Source: Amphiscolops sp. MND2022
Taxonomy: Eukaryota
NCBI GenBank assembly: GCA_964187785.1
Contig: OZ076409.1
Coordinates: 18,974,001-19,038,000, forward strand
DNA length: 64,000 bases
Reading direction: 5' to 3'
A program made the position numbers and the translations under genes. The notes under the pieces were generated by a model. The model was not told where the DNA came from. It made no database searches and saw only the letters and a program-made list of their open reading frames with translations. Positions 24,556 through 38,900 of this stretch are shown here, piece after piece (within the stretch, counting starts at the first letter, position 1; each line of letters starts with the position of its first letter).

Positions 24556-26749
24556 TCGCAGCCGTTTGTTAAAAGTTTCATTTATCGCACGGTGCCGAAA
24601 AATCATGAAAAAGTTTTCCTCGAAACTCAAAAACAGTCTTTTTTCTGCACGGGAGGCATCAGAAAAAAGTTAATTTGCTATTGAAAAAATGATTTTTTTT
24701 CAGCAAAATTGTATGCTAAAAAAAGTCGCATACTGCCAGAATCCCAAAAAGAGTCCGTTTAGGCTCAAAAAACGTTTGTTTACAAAACGACATCTTCGAA
24801 AAAACAAAAGTTCCATTAAACAAAGATGTGGACCGATCGCGTTGAACTGACGAAACAAACTAGCCACTGTAAGAGTCGTGTATTTTCGTCGAAAACGCCA
24901 ACCAAAAACAGTGTCAAGGTAAAACACTAAAATGAAAAGTGGAACGATTTTGATACAAATGGATGAGCATATTTCGAAAATAAAAGCACCGTTCAACAGA
25001 AGTTTTGTAGACGAAATGGGAAAACAAACTAAGGAAAGAATATGAGAAGAAAATTAGGAGACCATAGAGGTAGCTACCAGAGCTACGACAAACCAAAATC
25101 TGCAATGTAATGGTCAGCTCTTCAGGCCGCGACTTGGAAGACTAGGTTAGAATCCTATCAGCTCTAAATCTTTGCTTTAGTTTCGATTTGGTTTAGTGGG
25201 TTGGTATAGTGGTAGAGCTGATATGGGTTGCTCGGAGCGAATGTTGAGCTTGAGCTTTTTGACAGCGACATAGGAAATACCTTTGAGAAGAGAGTAATAT
25301 AGCAACCACTAATTTGAATTATAGGACAAGACGGATTGCTCAAATATCGGAGCTCTAGTGTAATGGACAGCAACTAAGGCTGCGATGTAGAAGAATAACC
25401 TCGAATCATATCAGCTCTAAGTTTTTGCTTTAGAGTATAATAGTTCAGGGGATTGTTATACACCTAATCAAAGAGCCCATCTGATTCCAGAACAGTAAAA
25501 ATTTCTTACGCCGTGAATTGGAATATATTTATTTTTATTATATTACTTTATATTATATATAGTTATTCAAATTGGTATAAACTGTCGTTGTTTTCTTTTT
25601 GTTAGCCTAATTTCTACATGCATGCTCCAGATGAATGCTCATTAAATAGAAACGTTTCCTCTGCGAGGAACTGATAGTACTAAGAGGTTGAATATAAACG
25701 GCATCGATGTGGTGACTACGTGCAATAATAACTCTGACAGTGAAACGTATGGTTGTAAAATGATGTCTATTCCTGCTGTCTGTTATGATGTCTGTTATAA
25801 AGCTGCTGAGCTTTATGATTTATACCTGAAAGTAAAATGTTTTTTTTTACGCTTCTTTTGCAACGCCATCAAAAGTGTAACAGGTCAAAGTTGCGAACGT
25901 CATTCAGTGTTTTACTTTATTGGAGCATCCTCATTCCACATTCTCATGAAAGCCTTGGAGCGTCAGTCTCGTTACCAACGGCATGTTGCATCTTACGTGA
26001 AAACTTCTAGACAATTCATAACTCAACCCCAAATTGCAAAAATGTAAAACTTGTGCTTTTGCCTGAATTCAGGAAAACTCATCCAATTGTCCAAAATAGA
26101 ATTTTGGCACGACGTCTTCAAAAAAAGAATGACTACGGGTCCCTGATTGAGAAGTGCTTTTTGATAGATTTGATTAGTGATTTGATCAATAGTGAACGTC
26201 TTTCTGCACTGATTCATTGCCAAAGAATTGAGACAATTCTCAGTTGAGTTTGAGGTTCAGCCATCAGGTATTCTAGTGATAGTCGTCAAAAGGAACTTGC
26301 TATCCGATAAACGTCGATCATTTTGTTTGAAGAAATTTGACAGCTACACCCTTCCGTTGGGAAGAGATCGTTTTCAAACCATACAAGCCAGCTCAACTGA
26401 CCGGTGTGATCTAGTGAACTGGAAAAGCAAAAGGGCTGGACCGTGTCGAGGAAAGCTCAGCGTTTAGGTTTAGCCTCTCACTGCTAAATTTAGCAAGTGA
26501 TTCTACCCGGATTGTCTTCCCCTTAGTTGAACGAAGTGGTGCGATTATCATTTGCAACAGTCACCAATAATTTCCTGGCATTTTCCCTAGTTTACCGCAG
26601 CAAATATCGCCTGCAACTTTCCGCTAAACAAAAAGAGATAAACCTTCGAATGACCGAGCCTACTACTGTCAATCAGTTGGATTTGCTCCTCCTTTGCGCC
26701 GGGTCTGAGGCTGCGAAAATACGAAGTTACTTGGCCAGCTTTGACGCAA

Positions 26750-29700
26750 GATGAAGGGCAAACGGAACACAAGAGAGCCGTTGACTTTGAAAAACCGAAG
26801 TTTGCAGCTAGTAAAAACAAAACGTTTTGTCGGTGCAAATGAAACATTTGCTTTAAACAATGCGGTTAAGGCAGCTGCTCCACAAACAAAACCAAATTCT
26901 TCAATTCAACAACTTGCAGTGGTTGCTTCTAAAATTGACAAAGCTCCCGACCAAGCCTCCTCACGTCACGTCCAAAGTTCCGCCCTTTCTCGTCGATGCC
27001 ACTGGTGCAAGTCTCATTCGCTTCTGACGATATCAATGACGTTGCAAGCGTACCTTTCAAACAACGCCACGAGGCTTGATTCATGCTAAAGACAATGGGG
27101 TGTCACGACATTTTGTAGAGGACTCCGGAAGTGACACCACTGTAGTCTGACAATACGAGTAACAAATTTGTCGTATCAACTTCAAAGCCCATAACATTCG
27201 CTAGATGCTCGATTGGAGACAAACTTGTAACAACTTTGGCTCTGCGGCAACACAATACTCACTTGAAGCTCACGAGCGGAGAAGAAATATTTTCGTACCA
27301 ACAAAGCTTTGCAATCCTGTAATTCTGGGCTCATCCTCACTTTCGCAGTTTGAAACACTAGTTATCATATACAAAGGCTCAGAGCTCCTCCTTTGGTTTA
27401 AGTTAGCAATGCCAGTTTACCAGCAGAGGAGGTCGGAGGGTAGAATTACTTATATATGGAGCCTTTATCAATTGTAACATTGAAATAGAATGCCAGCTAC
27501 AGTCGATGCTCTTCTCGAATCCGAATTGAAGAAGAATTTTTTTGGGCTCGGTCAAAACATTAGCACGCACAGGGGTCATAGAGAAATCGCAACACCTTGG
27601 GAGAGCGGAGAGCTCAAATAAAAGTGTCAAAAACGACCATCTTCAAAAAACGAATATGCATAGAATACACTAAAGCAGTGATTTTGTACACGATTTCGGA
27701 CGCTTATCTTGTCTCGGTCATTGAACAAATTGTTGTTGATAGTCAGCATCCCCTACGTATACCAGCTTCGGTTGCTAGATGAAGAGAATTATGTAACCGC
27801 TTTCGCAGCGAATGATGCTATTGGAAAACAATCAACACTGTTGTCTATGGACTGGAAGATAATGCCTTTGATATCGTCAAGTAGTAAACGGCGGTGCAAC
27901 AATTTTTAACAGATATCCGTTTCTGAAAAGAAGTGCCTCTAGCGATTAATTAGAAAAGTTCAAATTTCAAAAATCGCGAGGTTAATTCCTCCGCCACCGG
28001 TTTTGAGAACGAATGTTTATCCACACATTTCGCGGATGAAACTCTAACTAAAATTGCTTATTCGTTCATTACCGAGAAAACTCGGCCATTTCGTTGTTAT
28101 GAGTGTATTGTACTCCACGGGGGTAGGTGATTCTACGATTATATCAGCTCGTTGCTCAGACGGAACGGGACAAAAAGCTATCACATGACCAATAAGTCAT
28201 AAACAGCATAAAAACTTTTAAAGAGCCGTGTCGAAAGAAGCGTTGTAGATGCCAGACAGGACACGCCCTTTGTGCTGAAAACAGATGCTTCTGGCAAAGC
28301 AAATGGTTTCACCCAAAACACTCAACCAGTAACCTTCTTATCTCATATTCCCTCATATTAAGAGTTGAATTGGTCACCAATCGAAAACACAGCATTTCTC
28401 ATTTGTGGTCTGTAGAAAAGTGTGGAAGTCTTTTTACCCTACTGACAGACCAAGAAGGAGCTTCGAACTTGTTGGACTTAAAGCCAGAGTCCTCTATGTC
28501 GATGGAGATAAGTCCCAACAGAATTTGATTCCAATAAATAGTTCCGCAAAGGTAAACTGAACGTAGTCGCTGATGCGATGTGACGAACCAGTACTTTCTG
28601 CTCACATATGGACGAAACCAACTACGGCATCATACACGAGGAAAAACGAACAAGTAGTATGTCGCAAACGAAATAAATTTCAATCTTAGGAAGTCCACGA
28701 CAAAAATGTCTATCCCGGAGTAGCCAGAACTGCTGAATTAATCCAACGAAATTTCGATGTAACTAATTGGAAGCAAAAACTCCTAGAATAAATCTCGAAA
28801 TGCTTTGTCTGTCTAGAGCTGAAACCCATGTTGACACCCAAACTATCGGGGGAGAGACAATCGCTAGTTTTTTGGGTAGGAAGAAATGCACACCAGATCA
28901 AAACAGGTACTTTTAACCAATTGTAGACGACTGCAGCAGGTTTTTGTTCGCAAAAAGCCAGCAAAACAAGAACCAATTCTGCATTGTCACAACTCGATAT
29001 TTATTCTCGACCTTTCATCCTCCAACGGCATTTCATGTCATTCGAATGTTCGCAGTTCAAATTGTTCCTGCATTGTTGGTACCTATGCAAAAAGCGAACC
29101 ACTCCATGAAACAAGGCGGTTACTGCGAATGCGAGAGGCTGAACGGAACAACCTGAAAAAAAGTGAAACCTACGCTGAAGCAACTTCTCAAAATCTTCGA
29201 GCTATTGGACGAAAAGATACTGCAAGGTTTGTTCAATATTTGATGTTTGTCGCAAAACAAATTGTAACGCTCGTAGCTGGACCAGAACATTCAACATTTC
29301 GACAAGACTAACCTAACGACATCCGATTCAAGTTCAACGCCCCAATGGATGTCTCAGGGTTCAGTATTCAACAAGATCTTTCAAAGACGTCTAAAGTCGA
29401 TATACTGGTGCAGCCTGCGGGAAGTCTACGCCTATTATCCCTAAACACGAAGTGGTTGCGTTGCCGGAAACAAAACCGAATCGAGAATGTCACCATAAAA
29501 CTAATATCAAAGGGACAAGACTTGCCTACCCTTCCCAATACCTCATAGTAGAACCCGCCGGAATTTGACCCAGTCTCACCTCATACGTCGCAGGAACTTC
29601 CGCTATAGCAAGCAGATGCCCTATGTAGAGACCTCGGAATGTTTATTTTAACGTATCACTTGCCAAAATGTCTATCGGAGAAATCTCATTTCCGCCACAA

Positions 29701-29750
29701 CGAAGAAAAAGGCCGATTCAGAAACGAAAAGCAGGCAGAGGGTTGTAATT
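26750..29750 (+). mobile_element. Highly decayed Ty3/Gypsy internal region
   Basis: RNase H VLKTDASG (~28275) and LLTDQ, integrase zinc finger CFVCLELKP (~28800), ECERLNGT (~29130), and a purine tract before TGTAA at ~29740. Many stops. Confidence 0.55.
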
Positions 29751-31699
29751 AAGTGTATTATTAAATCTAACACTAGAACTTATGGTTGTAGAATGATGGG
29801 TGTCTTTTCAGATTGAGCTGAAAATGATTTCTACGTGGAAGTAAAGATAGTGTTTCATCTTACGCAACGCTTCCACAATTGTCTCAAAAGAAGTTTTGCA
29901 ATTTCTTTAGACTAATGCGAAACACATTGCTGCAAAAAGACTCCACGACAACACATAAAACTGGATTCTATTTTCGAAGACAACATGAACGTTGATTGCG
30001 ACTTTTTTGACGTGGTTTTAATCAGCATCTTGCACCGTTGCCACTGAAAATACAACTATTCTGTTGTTGAACTGATTTTTGACCAGCACAAGTTTGAGGC
30101 CATTCAAGTTTTTAAGTACTTTGAGTCCAATTGTTGCTGCTTCCCATGTTGATCCTGTGATAATCCTCTCTATACGGTCCTCATTTATAATCACAGTATC
30201 GTCTAAGTCTAGGTTTTGGACAGAAACTGGTTGAATTGGTATTAGTTTGTTTCTGATGGCCTGAAAGGATTATCTTGTATTCGGTTTTGTCGATTTTTAG
30301 TATCAGATGTGTTCATTTTACCGTCGTCATTGTTTATGCTTTTTGGTGTTTCTATTTTCGATGTAACTTTCCCGTTATTTTTTCTGTTTGAAATTGAGTG
30401 TGTTCTTCTACCATTTTTCTTTTTCTCTCATCATCTATTTTAGTTTTTCATTCATCTCCTTTCTTCGTTTTGCCAATTCTCTATTTGTGTTATCCATTAC
30501 TCATTGTTTCCACACCTGCATCTCTCACGTTTTGTGTATGATCAATTGAAACTGCTTCTCTGTCACTAACTGAACTAACATAATTTCTTTCTCAAATCAG
30601 GATGAATGTCCTCACCTAGACCTTCTATTTTTTGTTCCCCATCACAGTTATGGTAAAGTGATGTTTTGTTGGACAGAAGAATTTTAATTAAGTTGATGGA
30701 TTAAACGAACCAAAGTTGGAAACAAAGTTGGGAAAGTTATTCATAATATCACCTCGAAAATACCGAACAGAGTTTGCAATGAGATAAACTGCGAGATGTT
30801 GTTTCCAAAGAGATTAGTAAAGCAGGTCTGATTTGTTTGGTAGTTTTCCAAGGACTGACATTTGATGGGTTTGTTTTGACTCTCCTTTTGTCGGGGTTTA
30901 TCTTTAGTAGCATAACAATCGTTTTTTAGAAAATCATCCTTAAATCATCTTTACTTAATTTCTATAAAAAGCGTCCCGTTATTTTACTCGTTAAAAATAG
31001 ATGCTTACATGATATAATATTTAAAAAAATCATGAATGACGTAATCAACGGCATTCTGATTGGCTACAGTAAACACCGTAACGCAAGCAAAAACTATTAA
31101 TAAAAATGGAAGTAATGTACAGTATGACTCATTAATTTTACATAATGCGCAATGCTGGATGGATTGAAGTGAATACAATTCAGTCATACTGCTAAAGTGT
31201 CACATTAAAAGTTTTGAGGGAAGGACATTATCTTGCATTGAACTCTAATCTAAGCTTAATGCGGCAATCAGATTAAATTGTTAAGTTCAGTATGCTTTAT
31301 CTTCGTTTAAAGAGTTTGTATAATTCTTTCCTTTTACCAATATTTGAGTGGAATAGCATCACCTATCAAGTGATAGTCTAATTTGCATTATGCTTGTGTT
31401 TACAAATGGTCTAGCATCAATGGTGAAATTTACTCAAAAATAGCAAACAAATGCAAACGTCGCTGGCGTTAAAGTATTACAAATGAATTTACATTACATA
31501 CGCTTGGAGAGTTAATAAGTTTTGGATGAGTTTCAGCAGACGGATTGGAGCCTACTAACGTTGCACACCGGATCCGACGCAAGCTGTAGGCTTCGACAGA
31601 TCCGCGCTCGCTAAGTTTTTGTCTACCTTGCAATTCCGGAGGAGATGTTTCAATTCTAATGAGACTTAGAAGTCTTCAAAAAAGCTGCGTTACCTGGTA

Positions 31700-32300
31700 C
31701 TGAAATCTATGGAAGAGAAATTTTGAAAAGATCCTAATTGGAAGGAAAGATTCCAAGAATCAATCTCGTCAGAACATGAAAAGATACATCATAGAATTGC
31801 CTACGACCGAAACAAGATATCCCAACAAAAAAGTACTTATCCTATCATCCGGGGTTGAATTCGACCACAAAGGAAAACGTGAGACAATCACTTGAAGGGG
31901 CTTTGAAAATCAAAAATCTATCTCTGAACAATTCTTCTCTACTGGGCCAGATCTACTACCGAATCGCATCGATGGTGTGCTGCATTTCCTGTAAGATTAA
32001 CGTGCACTTATTGCTGATACTTAACGCTCTAGCAGGTAGGCCTTTTCGACTCTGATCAGACTCCACTTGAATTTCTGAGGCGGGAAGCCGCCACTGATAC
32101 AATACTGGTGGACCAGTGTTCGTGCCATGTCTTTGACGCCGACAATTTTCTCACGTGTGCAAATTTGCTGCTGCATCAAACAGCGACTGATAATGAAAGC
32201 TTCTTCCCTGACGCTGCTGAAGCGGTCGATCAAATGGACTATGAGATAAGCTCCGTCCTATTCTGTACCTTAATCTTAAAGAGTTGGGATTATCTTGTAT
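31700..32300 (+). mobile_element. Possible Penelope-like GIY-YIG 3' fragment
   Basis: Frameshifted SEHEKIHHRIAYD..KI and RQSLEGALKIKNLSLN resemble the PLE endonuclease C-terminus. Confidence 0.35.
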
Positions 32301-32724
32301 AACTACTATAATCTTGTATAACTACCCAAAGGAGGCTTCAAACTTACGAAGGGTTTGAGGATGATATTAACGAGCAAAGAAAAATGAACACTTGGCGCCA
32401 TGAACACGCCATATCCGACAGATTGGAACAAAGTTTTCATTGAAACATTCGACTGAAAGCTTTTCTGTTAGGCCAAGGCAAAACCCATTTAATTACTTCA
32501 CCACTCACTAAAACTTTGACCTTACTTGCTGTTGTGCTCGATCCGAAGGTCTGCTTGCCCCCTTCAATGTTAAGGAACGGCAAGGACAGCAATTGTATTG
32601 TTTTTTTTTCAAAAAAAAGAAAGCACTGAATATGAATTCTTCTCTTAAATTTATGATGAAGACACGTCATAGCAGAGAAGTGTACAAGCAAATTTCAAAT
32701 ACACTAAAAGTACTGAAAGCTGCG

Positions 32725-34855
32725 TGTTACGACTATTCACCGGTGTAATTTTACGAGTAGTCGCAGTGGTTTTATTTTTGATCGGTGTTGAAGTTGCATT
32801 TTCCGGAATGTTTTCGGATTCAGAATCTGTTTCTTCAGTAGCTGTTATGATGGTTTGCTTTTTAATAGGAGGAGCTATTAGTTTTAGCATCTCCTTTTGG
32901 TTTTCAGCTAAGATTTTAGTAGGATCAGACATGATCTCTTTCCTCAATGAAGACTTGATTTCCTCTAGATTTTCAGTGAGTACTCTAGGAGATTTGCTCG
33001 TTCCCGCTACGGAATTTAAGTTTTGGCTAGTCTCAGGTATCGGGGTCTCAATTTCAGTAGAAACTAATTCTTCAACAGCATTTCTCTTCTGGCTTCTAGT
33101 AGTCATTTTAGAGAGAGAGAGAGGTTGTTCTTTGGAAAACTCGAATTCTTCAAAGAAATATGGTTTTCAGAAACGAAGTATCAACGTAGCAAATTAAAAA
33201 ACAGATTACCTTTTTTTTACAAATCCCTAGGTATATATACTTTCACAGCATCATTTGTTCCTAACCTAAAAATTCCTAGGAATCCTTGAAATCGGTTTTG
33301 TTCATCAAAATTGCTTAATCATCCCTATTATTTCAACCCTTCAATTAATTGTTCACGATTTAAAATTCCTAGTCACGGCTCCCTTACGGAGTGCTTGTTG
33401 AAATCATTTTTGTTCATTATCATTATTTCCGGTTTGATCGCGGAAAAGGCGGCAAAACGAAAGTCCAGTTGAGTTTTAATCGAGAAAGGCACGCTGGCGT
33501 GATCAATGATTCATCTCGAGACTAGTGAAAATCGTCTGTTCGCGGTAAAAGAATGACAAGCAAAACTGACTACGGAATTACCTCGGAGTGATTTTGGATA
33601 AATGTGCTGAGAATGTTTTGAAAAGAACAAATGATGCTGGAGAAACGGTTAATACCGATCAAGAACTGAGATAGCAAACAATAAAACAAGGAATCATTCT
33701 GAGCTTCTGAACTAATTTTACATGTATAGAAACATAATGGTTTGGTTACTACAGGTCAATGGCTTATTTAGCCCAATGAACATAACGTAATAAATGTACA
33801 AAACACCCTTTTCCAAAATGAAGGAAAGCACCTTTCTTTTAATGATTTCCTTTGTTTTAACCTGTAGTACGATCCTTTTGATTAGTTATTAAACTGGAAT
33901 ATTTCGGAAAGGTATTATTTTAATGTTATGATATTTTGAACATTCCTTTTCGGTTCCGTATCGCATGAGGAATATCTTGATATATTAAAACAATTTTGAT
34001 CTTGCAGCTTTTCCTTTAGTCGTTCTATATGTATTAACATTAGGCATAACCTTGTCATTTTACAATTTGCTCCGTAAGCGCTCCGTACGTATTAAGATCA
34101 GGTATAGTTTAATCGCTTTACAATTTGCTCCGTAAGCGCTCCGTACGTATTAAGATTAGGTATAGCTGAGCAGCACTTGGTTGCGGAGACAGAGCGGACA
34201 GCATTAACAAATTCATTCTTATTCTCTCGCTCAATTGGCGTTGCTATGGTAACTAGGGATGGTGAAAGACGACGCTATTGGTCCGTAAAAATAGAAACAT
34301 CTACTCTTCAATCAAGTTGAGTGACGCCGTCATAACGTTGTAAACATTCTCTTAAGTTGCTTAACTGCATTCTTAAGTGGATATTCACAACTATTCAATC
34401 ATTGGAAAACAATTCCGTCATTCTTTTTGTATGTTCTTTCATTTTAGATTGTATGAATTCCGTTGGGACCTCGGAATTGATTTTCATTTTGATGTTTTCA
34501 TTTTAGTGTTGAAAAGAAAAAGGTCCTAAAGTTAAGAATGTTTTTAACTTGTTGTTTAGATTTGTATGGAATTTTCAGCTGACGAAACCGGAAGTAACAG
34601 AACGGTTACGCATGAAAACTTTATACCGGAGGTTTCCTTCCAACTAAAATCACTTTTGTATGTTTTACGTATCGCTTTCGTTAGACTAAAACCCTTTTGT
34701 TCTGATTATTAACTCGTACTACAGTTAAACAAAGGTAAGTGATCAGTCAAAGTTTTTTACCTAATTTTGTGAGGTATTGCCATGTCCTCGCCCTCTTGCA
34801 AATTTCGGTATTCCTCCGCAACAGGAAAAATCCCGACCGGGAGCGGGCCGTGACA
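32725..34855 (-). repeat. 3' LTR (2131 bp)
   Basis: Direct repeat of 46243-48417, preceded on the minus strand by GTTATAGGGGCGCCC. Contains a ~57-bp tandem duplication near 34060-34165. Confidence 0.93.
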
Positions 34856-35418
34856 GGGCGCCCCTATAACTTGTTGACCACGGCCTGGGGCAATGTGGGA
34901 TCTCTCTAGTGATAAGTACGGGTTGTTTCCGTGCTCTTCTGATTCTCGCGGAAATGAATGAGTTCCCCCTTCCTGCGGTACAGTAGTAGTCTTCTGTCAT
35001 AGATAGACCGTGGGTCTCTTCTATTTCTTTAATGGAAGGCTCGTCTAGATCATTCAACTTCTCTGTCTTTGACGGGAGACGTATTCTTTTTCGTTCGTGA
35101 TGTCGGCAAGTACAGGGGCACGGGTCAGTTCTGGCATCTCCCGAGACGAATCCGGTTCTTCGTAGTAGTCTTCAGAGTTTTCTTTCTGGTGTGACTCAAC
35201 GACAAAAGCTTCTTCCGTATCAGACTCGAAAGTCGATACTGATTCTTGAGTGGAATTAAGGTCTGCCTCACTTCCTCACTTCCTCGCCATACTTCTACGG
35301 AGGAATCGCTTAAATTGAGTCTCCCCACCATGTTTACGGGCAGGGTTTTGATCGGCGTGCTGTATCTTTGATTTTCTTCGTCTGAGGAGATGTCAATAAC
35401 AAGGGCATAGTTGTCCAT
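34761..35418 (-). pseudogene. Accessory sense-strand ORF (~220 aa, acidic/disordered, frameshifted) that ends inside the 3' LTR
   Basis: Starts MDNYALVIDISSDEEN at ATG 35418 and continues through ESDTEEAF..EDYYEEPDSS into track ORF 34761-35057. Confidence 0.5.
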
Positions 35419-35534
35419 TTTACGTTTGGCGATTTTAAGTTTTGAAGAGTCAATTCTTGATAAACTTTTCTTTTCGTTTATTGTACGGCAAATGAAAAGT
35501 TCAAATTTCTTCTGTTCGTATTTTTCCTGCATTC

Positions 35535-35900
35535 CTATTGGCCTATATTATCCTTTCTATTTCGGTTCGTTTTATCCTCGGGGAGCGTTTCACTCCTATC
35601 TGCGTTGTGATTGGCTGAACCGTTGAGATGAAGTTTCTAAATTTGGACTTCGTTATGGCGTCATCAATTCCTTCCCGAAGGGATATCGTTCGTGTGACGT
35701 CATGGCATGAAAATTATTTCCTTTTTCTAGTATTTTTTCCTTGATTTGACCGATTTGAATTTCGTTAATCTTCCGTTAACGCTTTTCTTAAGCTTAGACG
35801 TTTCTGAAAGTTTCAGATTGTATTCTTCTTTTGACTGTATCTTCCTAATTGTTCTTCTCTTGTTTTAGATCGCTTTGAAGATTTCTTTCGCTGCTTGCTC
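35535..35900. promoter_or_regulatory. Putative bidirectional promoter between the two accessory genes
   Basis: Inverted CCAAT boxes (ATTGG near 35537 and 35610) and a perfect CRE/ATF palindrome TGACGTCA at 35695-35702, between divergent ATGs at 35418 (-) and 35904 (+). Confidence 0.4.
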
Positions 35901-35903
35901 GCG

Positions 35904-38900
35904 ATGGAGAATGAAGGTAATCCTCCTAATGTGCCTTCTGTTGGTTTCCTTAGTGGGAATGAAACAACATTTAATTACACCGATGACGATGTGCAATCGG
36001 AGGCAGAATTTGTCCGTGCTAGAGCAGGTTGGTAAAAATCTTTCTGACTTCCATGGGTAATTGGACTATCTTGTCTTTGGTGATCAGCCTTTTTGTAGTC
36101 TTACCCGTAACTCTGACGCGTCAAACAAGATCTTGATTTTCAGTACCTCAACCTGTCTCAACTTCAGCCGCTATTACTTGTGTCACTTCCGCGGCAGTAG
36201 TTGTTTCCAGTTCTTCCGTGTTGCCTCCGGTTTCAACTGTTCTGACTGTTCGTGCTTCTGTCAATGATATATTGACTTCCGCGCTTAGTGCGTCTGAATC
36301 TGGGCCTTCATCCGGATTTTTCCTTTCATGCTCCGCTGAAGATCCGACGAGTGCCGGCGTTGATCCTGTTGAGAGTCAACCCCATGTCCCAGATCCTGTT
36401 CCTTCCCCTACTGATGGTTCAGATAGTGAGTCTCAAGGAGGTGAGACTGATGCCCCCCTCATTCAAATTGCGAAGAACGGTTAGTAATTTTGAATGACTA
36501 GAATAAGAGAGTCCGTGGTGTTATTTATAAATGTTGTTTCTGTTTGTTGGGCAGGTGAACCGAGTGCTGCCCGTAGGACGTCAGTCAACTTTGCGACCCC
36601 TCCTAAGCGTGCTAAGAAGGTTCTTCCTCCACCTCCACCTTTGACTCGTGCTCCTGGATGGATTAGTCAGTGTTTTTCTTTGACGATATTTATTATCTTT
36701 GGTGTTTGATATTAGGTGGTTATTTGGTGTTATTTTGTGCAGGTCAAGATGAGCCAGAGCCTCTGCTTCTCACTAGTGGTACTACTCTCAGTCCGCAGGA
36801 TATATTGGAATTTGGGCGTCAGCTTGCGGGCCAGGTCGAGACTCGTCTTCAGACCGGTTGGTTCATTTCTTCTCTTTTTTTTCTTTTTTTTTGGTGGTAA
36901 TGCTTTGTTGTATATGACGGTTTACTCAATGGTTGTTGGTGTATGTTCTAGGTCTTGACGATTTTGTTGAGAAGATGGGAGACCGGCTGTCTAACGGTCT
37001 AAGGAGAAGAAATACAGCAGCCGCAATTACCTTCATCGACGGATGTTAAATCTCCATTAAGCGTTCCCCGATTTGTGTCGGGGCCTCGGAGTGGTAACGG
37101 CAAGTTTTTCTTCTGTCGCGTGTGTTGCCGTGATGTTGGTATGAAGGCTCACTGCTCTGGTGAATTTGCTCGTCACTTCCAGTCCGACAGTCACTGGTTG
37201 AAGGATGTGACTTATCGTGTGCACATGAAGCTACCAGTGTTGAACAGGCTTATGGAGCCAATGGAGTTGTCTGCAAGTCAATTAGCGGAGTATCAATCGC
37301 GGCCTTTTGAAGACCTTAGTGAGGGGTACCCGTTCCCTGAAGAGCTTTTTCCGAAACACTCGCGGGTTGGCTCAAAAGTGCCATTCATGACTTTGGTGAG
37401 CTGTCTGTGCGAGCTATTACGTAGTGGAGGCGATTTCCCATTACTGCGTCGGTTGTGGGGCCACTTTCTTGCATCATTGAGCGAGGAGCAAGAGCCACAG
37501 TTTGCTTTAAATTGGAGTCGTTCCCAGACCGTGGTTAGTATTTTATGTAGTGTCATTGTTCTTTTCTAGTTTTCTCTGACACGTCCCCTCTTTCCTATTT
37601 GTAAGGTGTTTTCCTCAAAAATGCAAGTCCAGTGTTTTCAGAGGTAAGTTTGACTGTTCGTTTTTTAGTCGTTTCTGTGCCGAGGTCTTGCTCCGCGGGT
37701 GTTGCGTTCCATGCTTAGCAGCATCGTGGGTTTCCGAAGCTATGGCGTTCAATTTGAAAAGGAGTGTGAGGATGAGCGCTGTTACATTGTATATTGGGAC
37801 GACAAGGATGTCAAGAAGATATGTGTTGGCTGTGAAGTTTTGAATCAGGCTGTACCCCTACCGGAATTGTTGCCTTTGTCCAAAGTTGTTGGCAGTTTGA
37901 GCGCGAGCCAGTTGCCTATATCTATTCTCGGGGCTAGTCCGTCTTTGATCCGGGTACTGGACGACAATCGCGCTGATGGACGTCGGTGGGTGATTCATCA
38001 AACCTTTGATGAAGAGACGCTACTCCAGTGTGTGTTGCAGGCTGACAAAGATGTTTTCGGAATGGTCAGCATAGTAACTTTAGTCGAGTATTTAATTCAT
38101 CGCCTCAAGAGTGCATTGTACGAGGAGTGGACGGAGGATTAATTTGTTCTTCGTAAATGCGTACGCCAGGGCTCCGTGGACTTTGCTGATTACCGTCGAT
38201 TTCTATCTGACGTTATTGATCTGTGGCCAATAAAACGACCTTTTGTTCGATGTACTGGCCATCCCGAAGCTAAGGAGAAAGCTGATACCGTTAGTTGTTT
38301 CTTCTTATTCGTCACGTGTGTCTTTTTTTCTTTTTGTCGCTTTTCTATGCTTGTTACTTTCCTCTGGTATGGCAGGTGTTTGTTTTTAGATGAAGGGGAC
38401 TGACTGGCATATTATTGCGGACAATATGACGCCGTATCGCTTCGGTTTGTTGCGGCTAGTTCTCGATACTTGTGAGTATATCATGATGGATTGTTTCGTG
38501 TTGTGACTGTTCTCTTGTCTCCAACTGTTTGAGTACTGTTTTTCTGTTTATTCTCTGTTGTTTCCGAGTGGTTTGCGTAATGACCTTCTTGACTATGTCG
38601 ATCTGTTTTAGTTCACGTCAATTGTGCGAAGTTGTTGCAGCGACGGAGTGACTACGGGTTCCACGGATATGGCGAATTGTGTGACTTCGTATATTGTTTG
38701 CTACTAAAGACGCGGCGCACTGAAAGCTTGCCCACTTTGAATGAATGGGAGAAATTTATGGATATAGAGAAGGTTGCCGAGTTCCCTCCGATCGCCATGG
38801 AGTCTTTTCTTGCTGGTTCTGATTATGGGCGTGAGTTGCTGGCTGGGAAGACAAGCGAGTTTGGTACGTTCCGTGTGCGTTGCCGGGAGTTTCTCGACCG

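Noticed and set aside
24700..26700. Numerous short ORFs
   Set aside because: No recognisable motifs, splice pattern or consistent frame; treated as decayed repeat or intergenic DNA.
32180..32215. Hammerhead ribozyme after the Penelope-like fragment (CTGATAATGAAAGC)
   Set aside because: The core boxes are too close together and the flanking stems are not evident; at best a decayed remnant.
32724..33197. Plus-strand 157-aa hydrophobic ORF (similarly 46161-46715, 43179-43850, 40039-40455)
   Set aside because: Antisense shadows of gag/pol coding sequence with no independent support.
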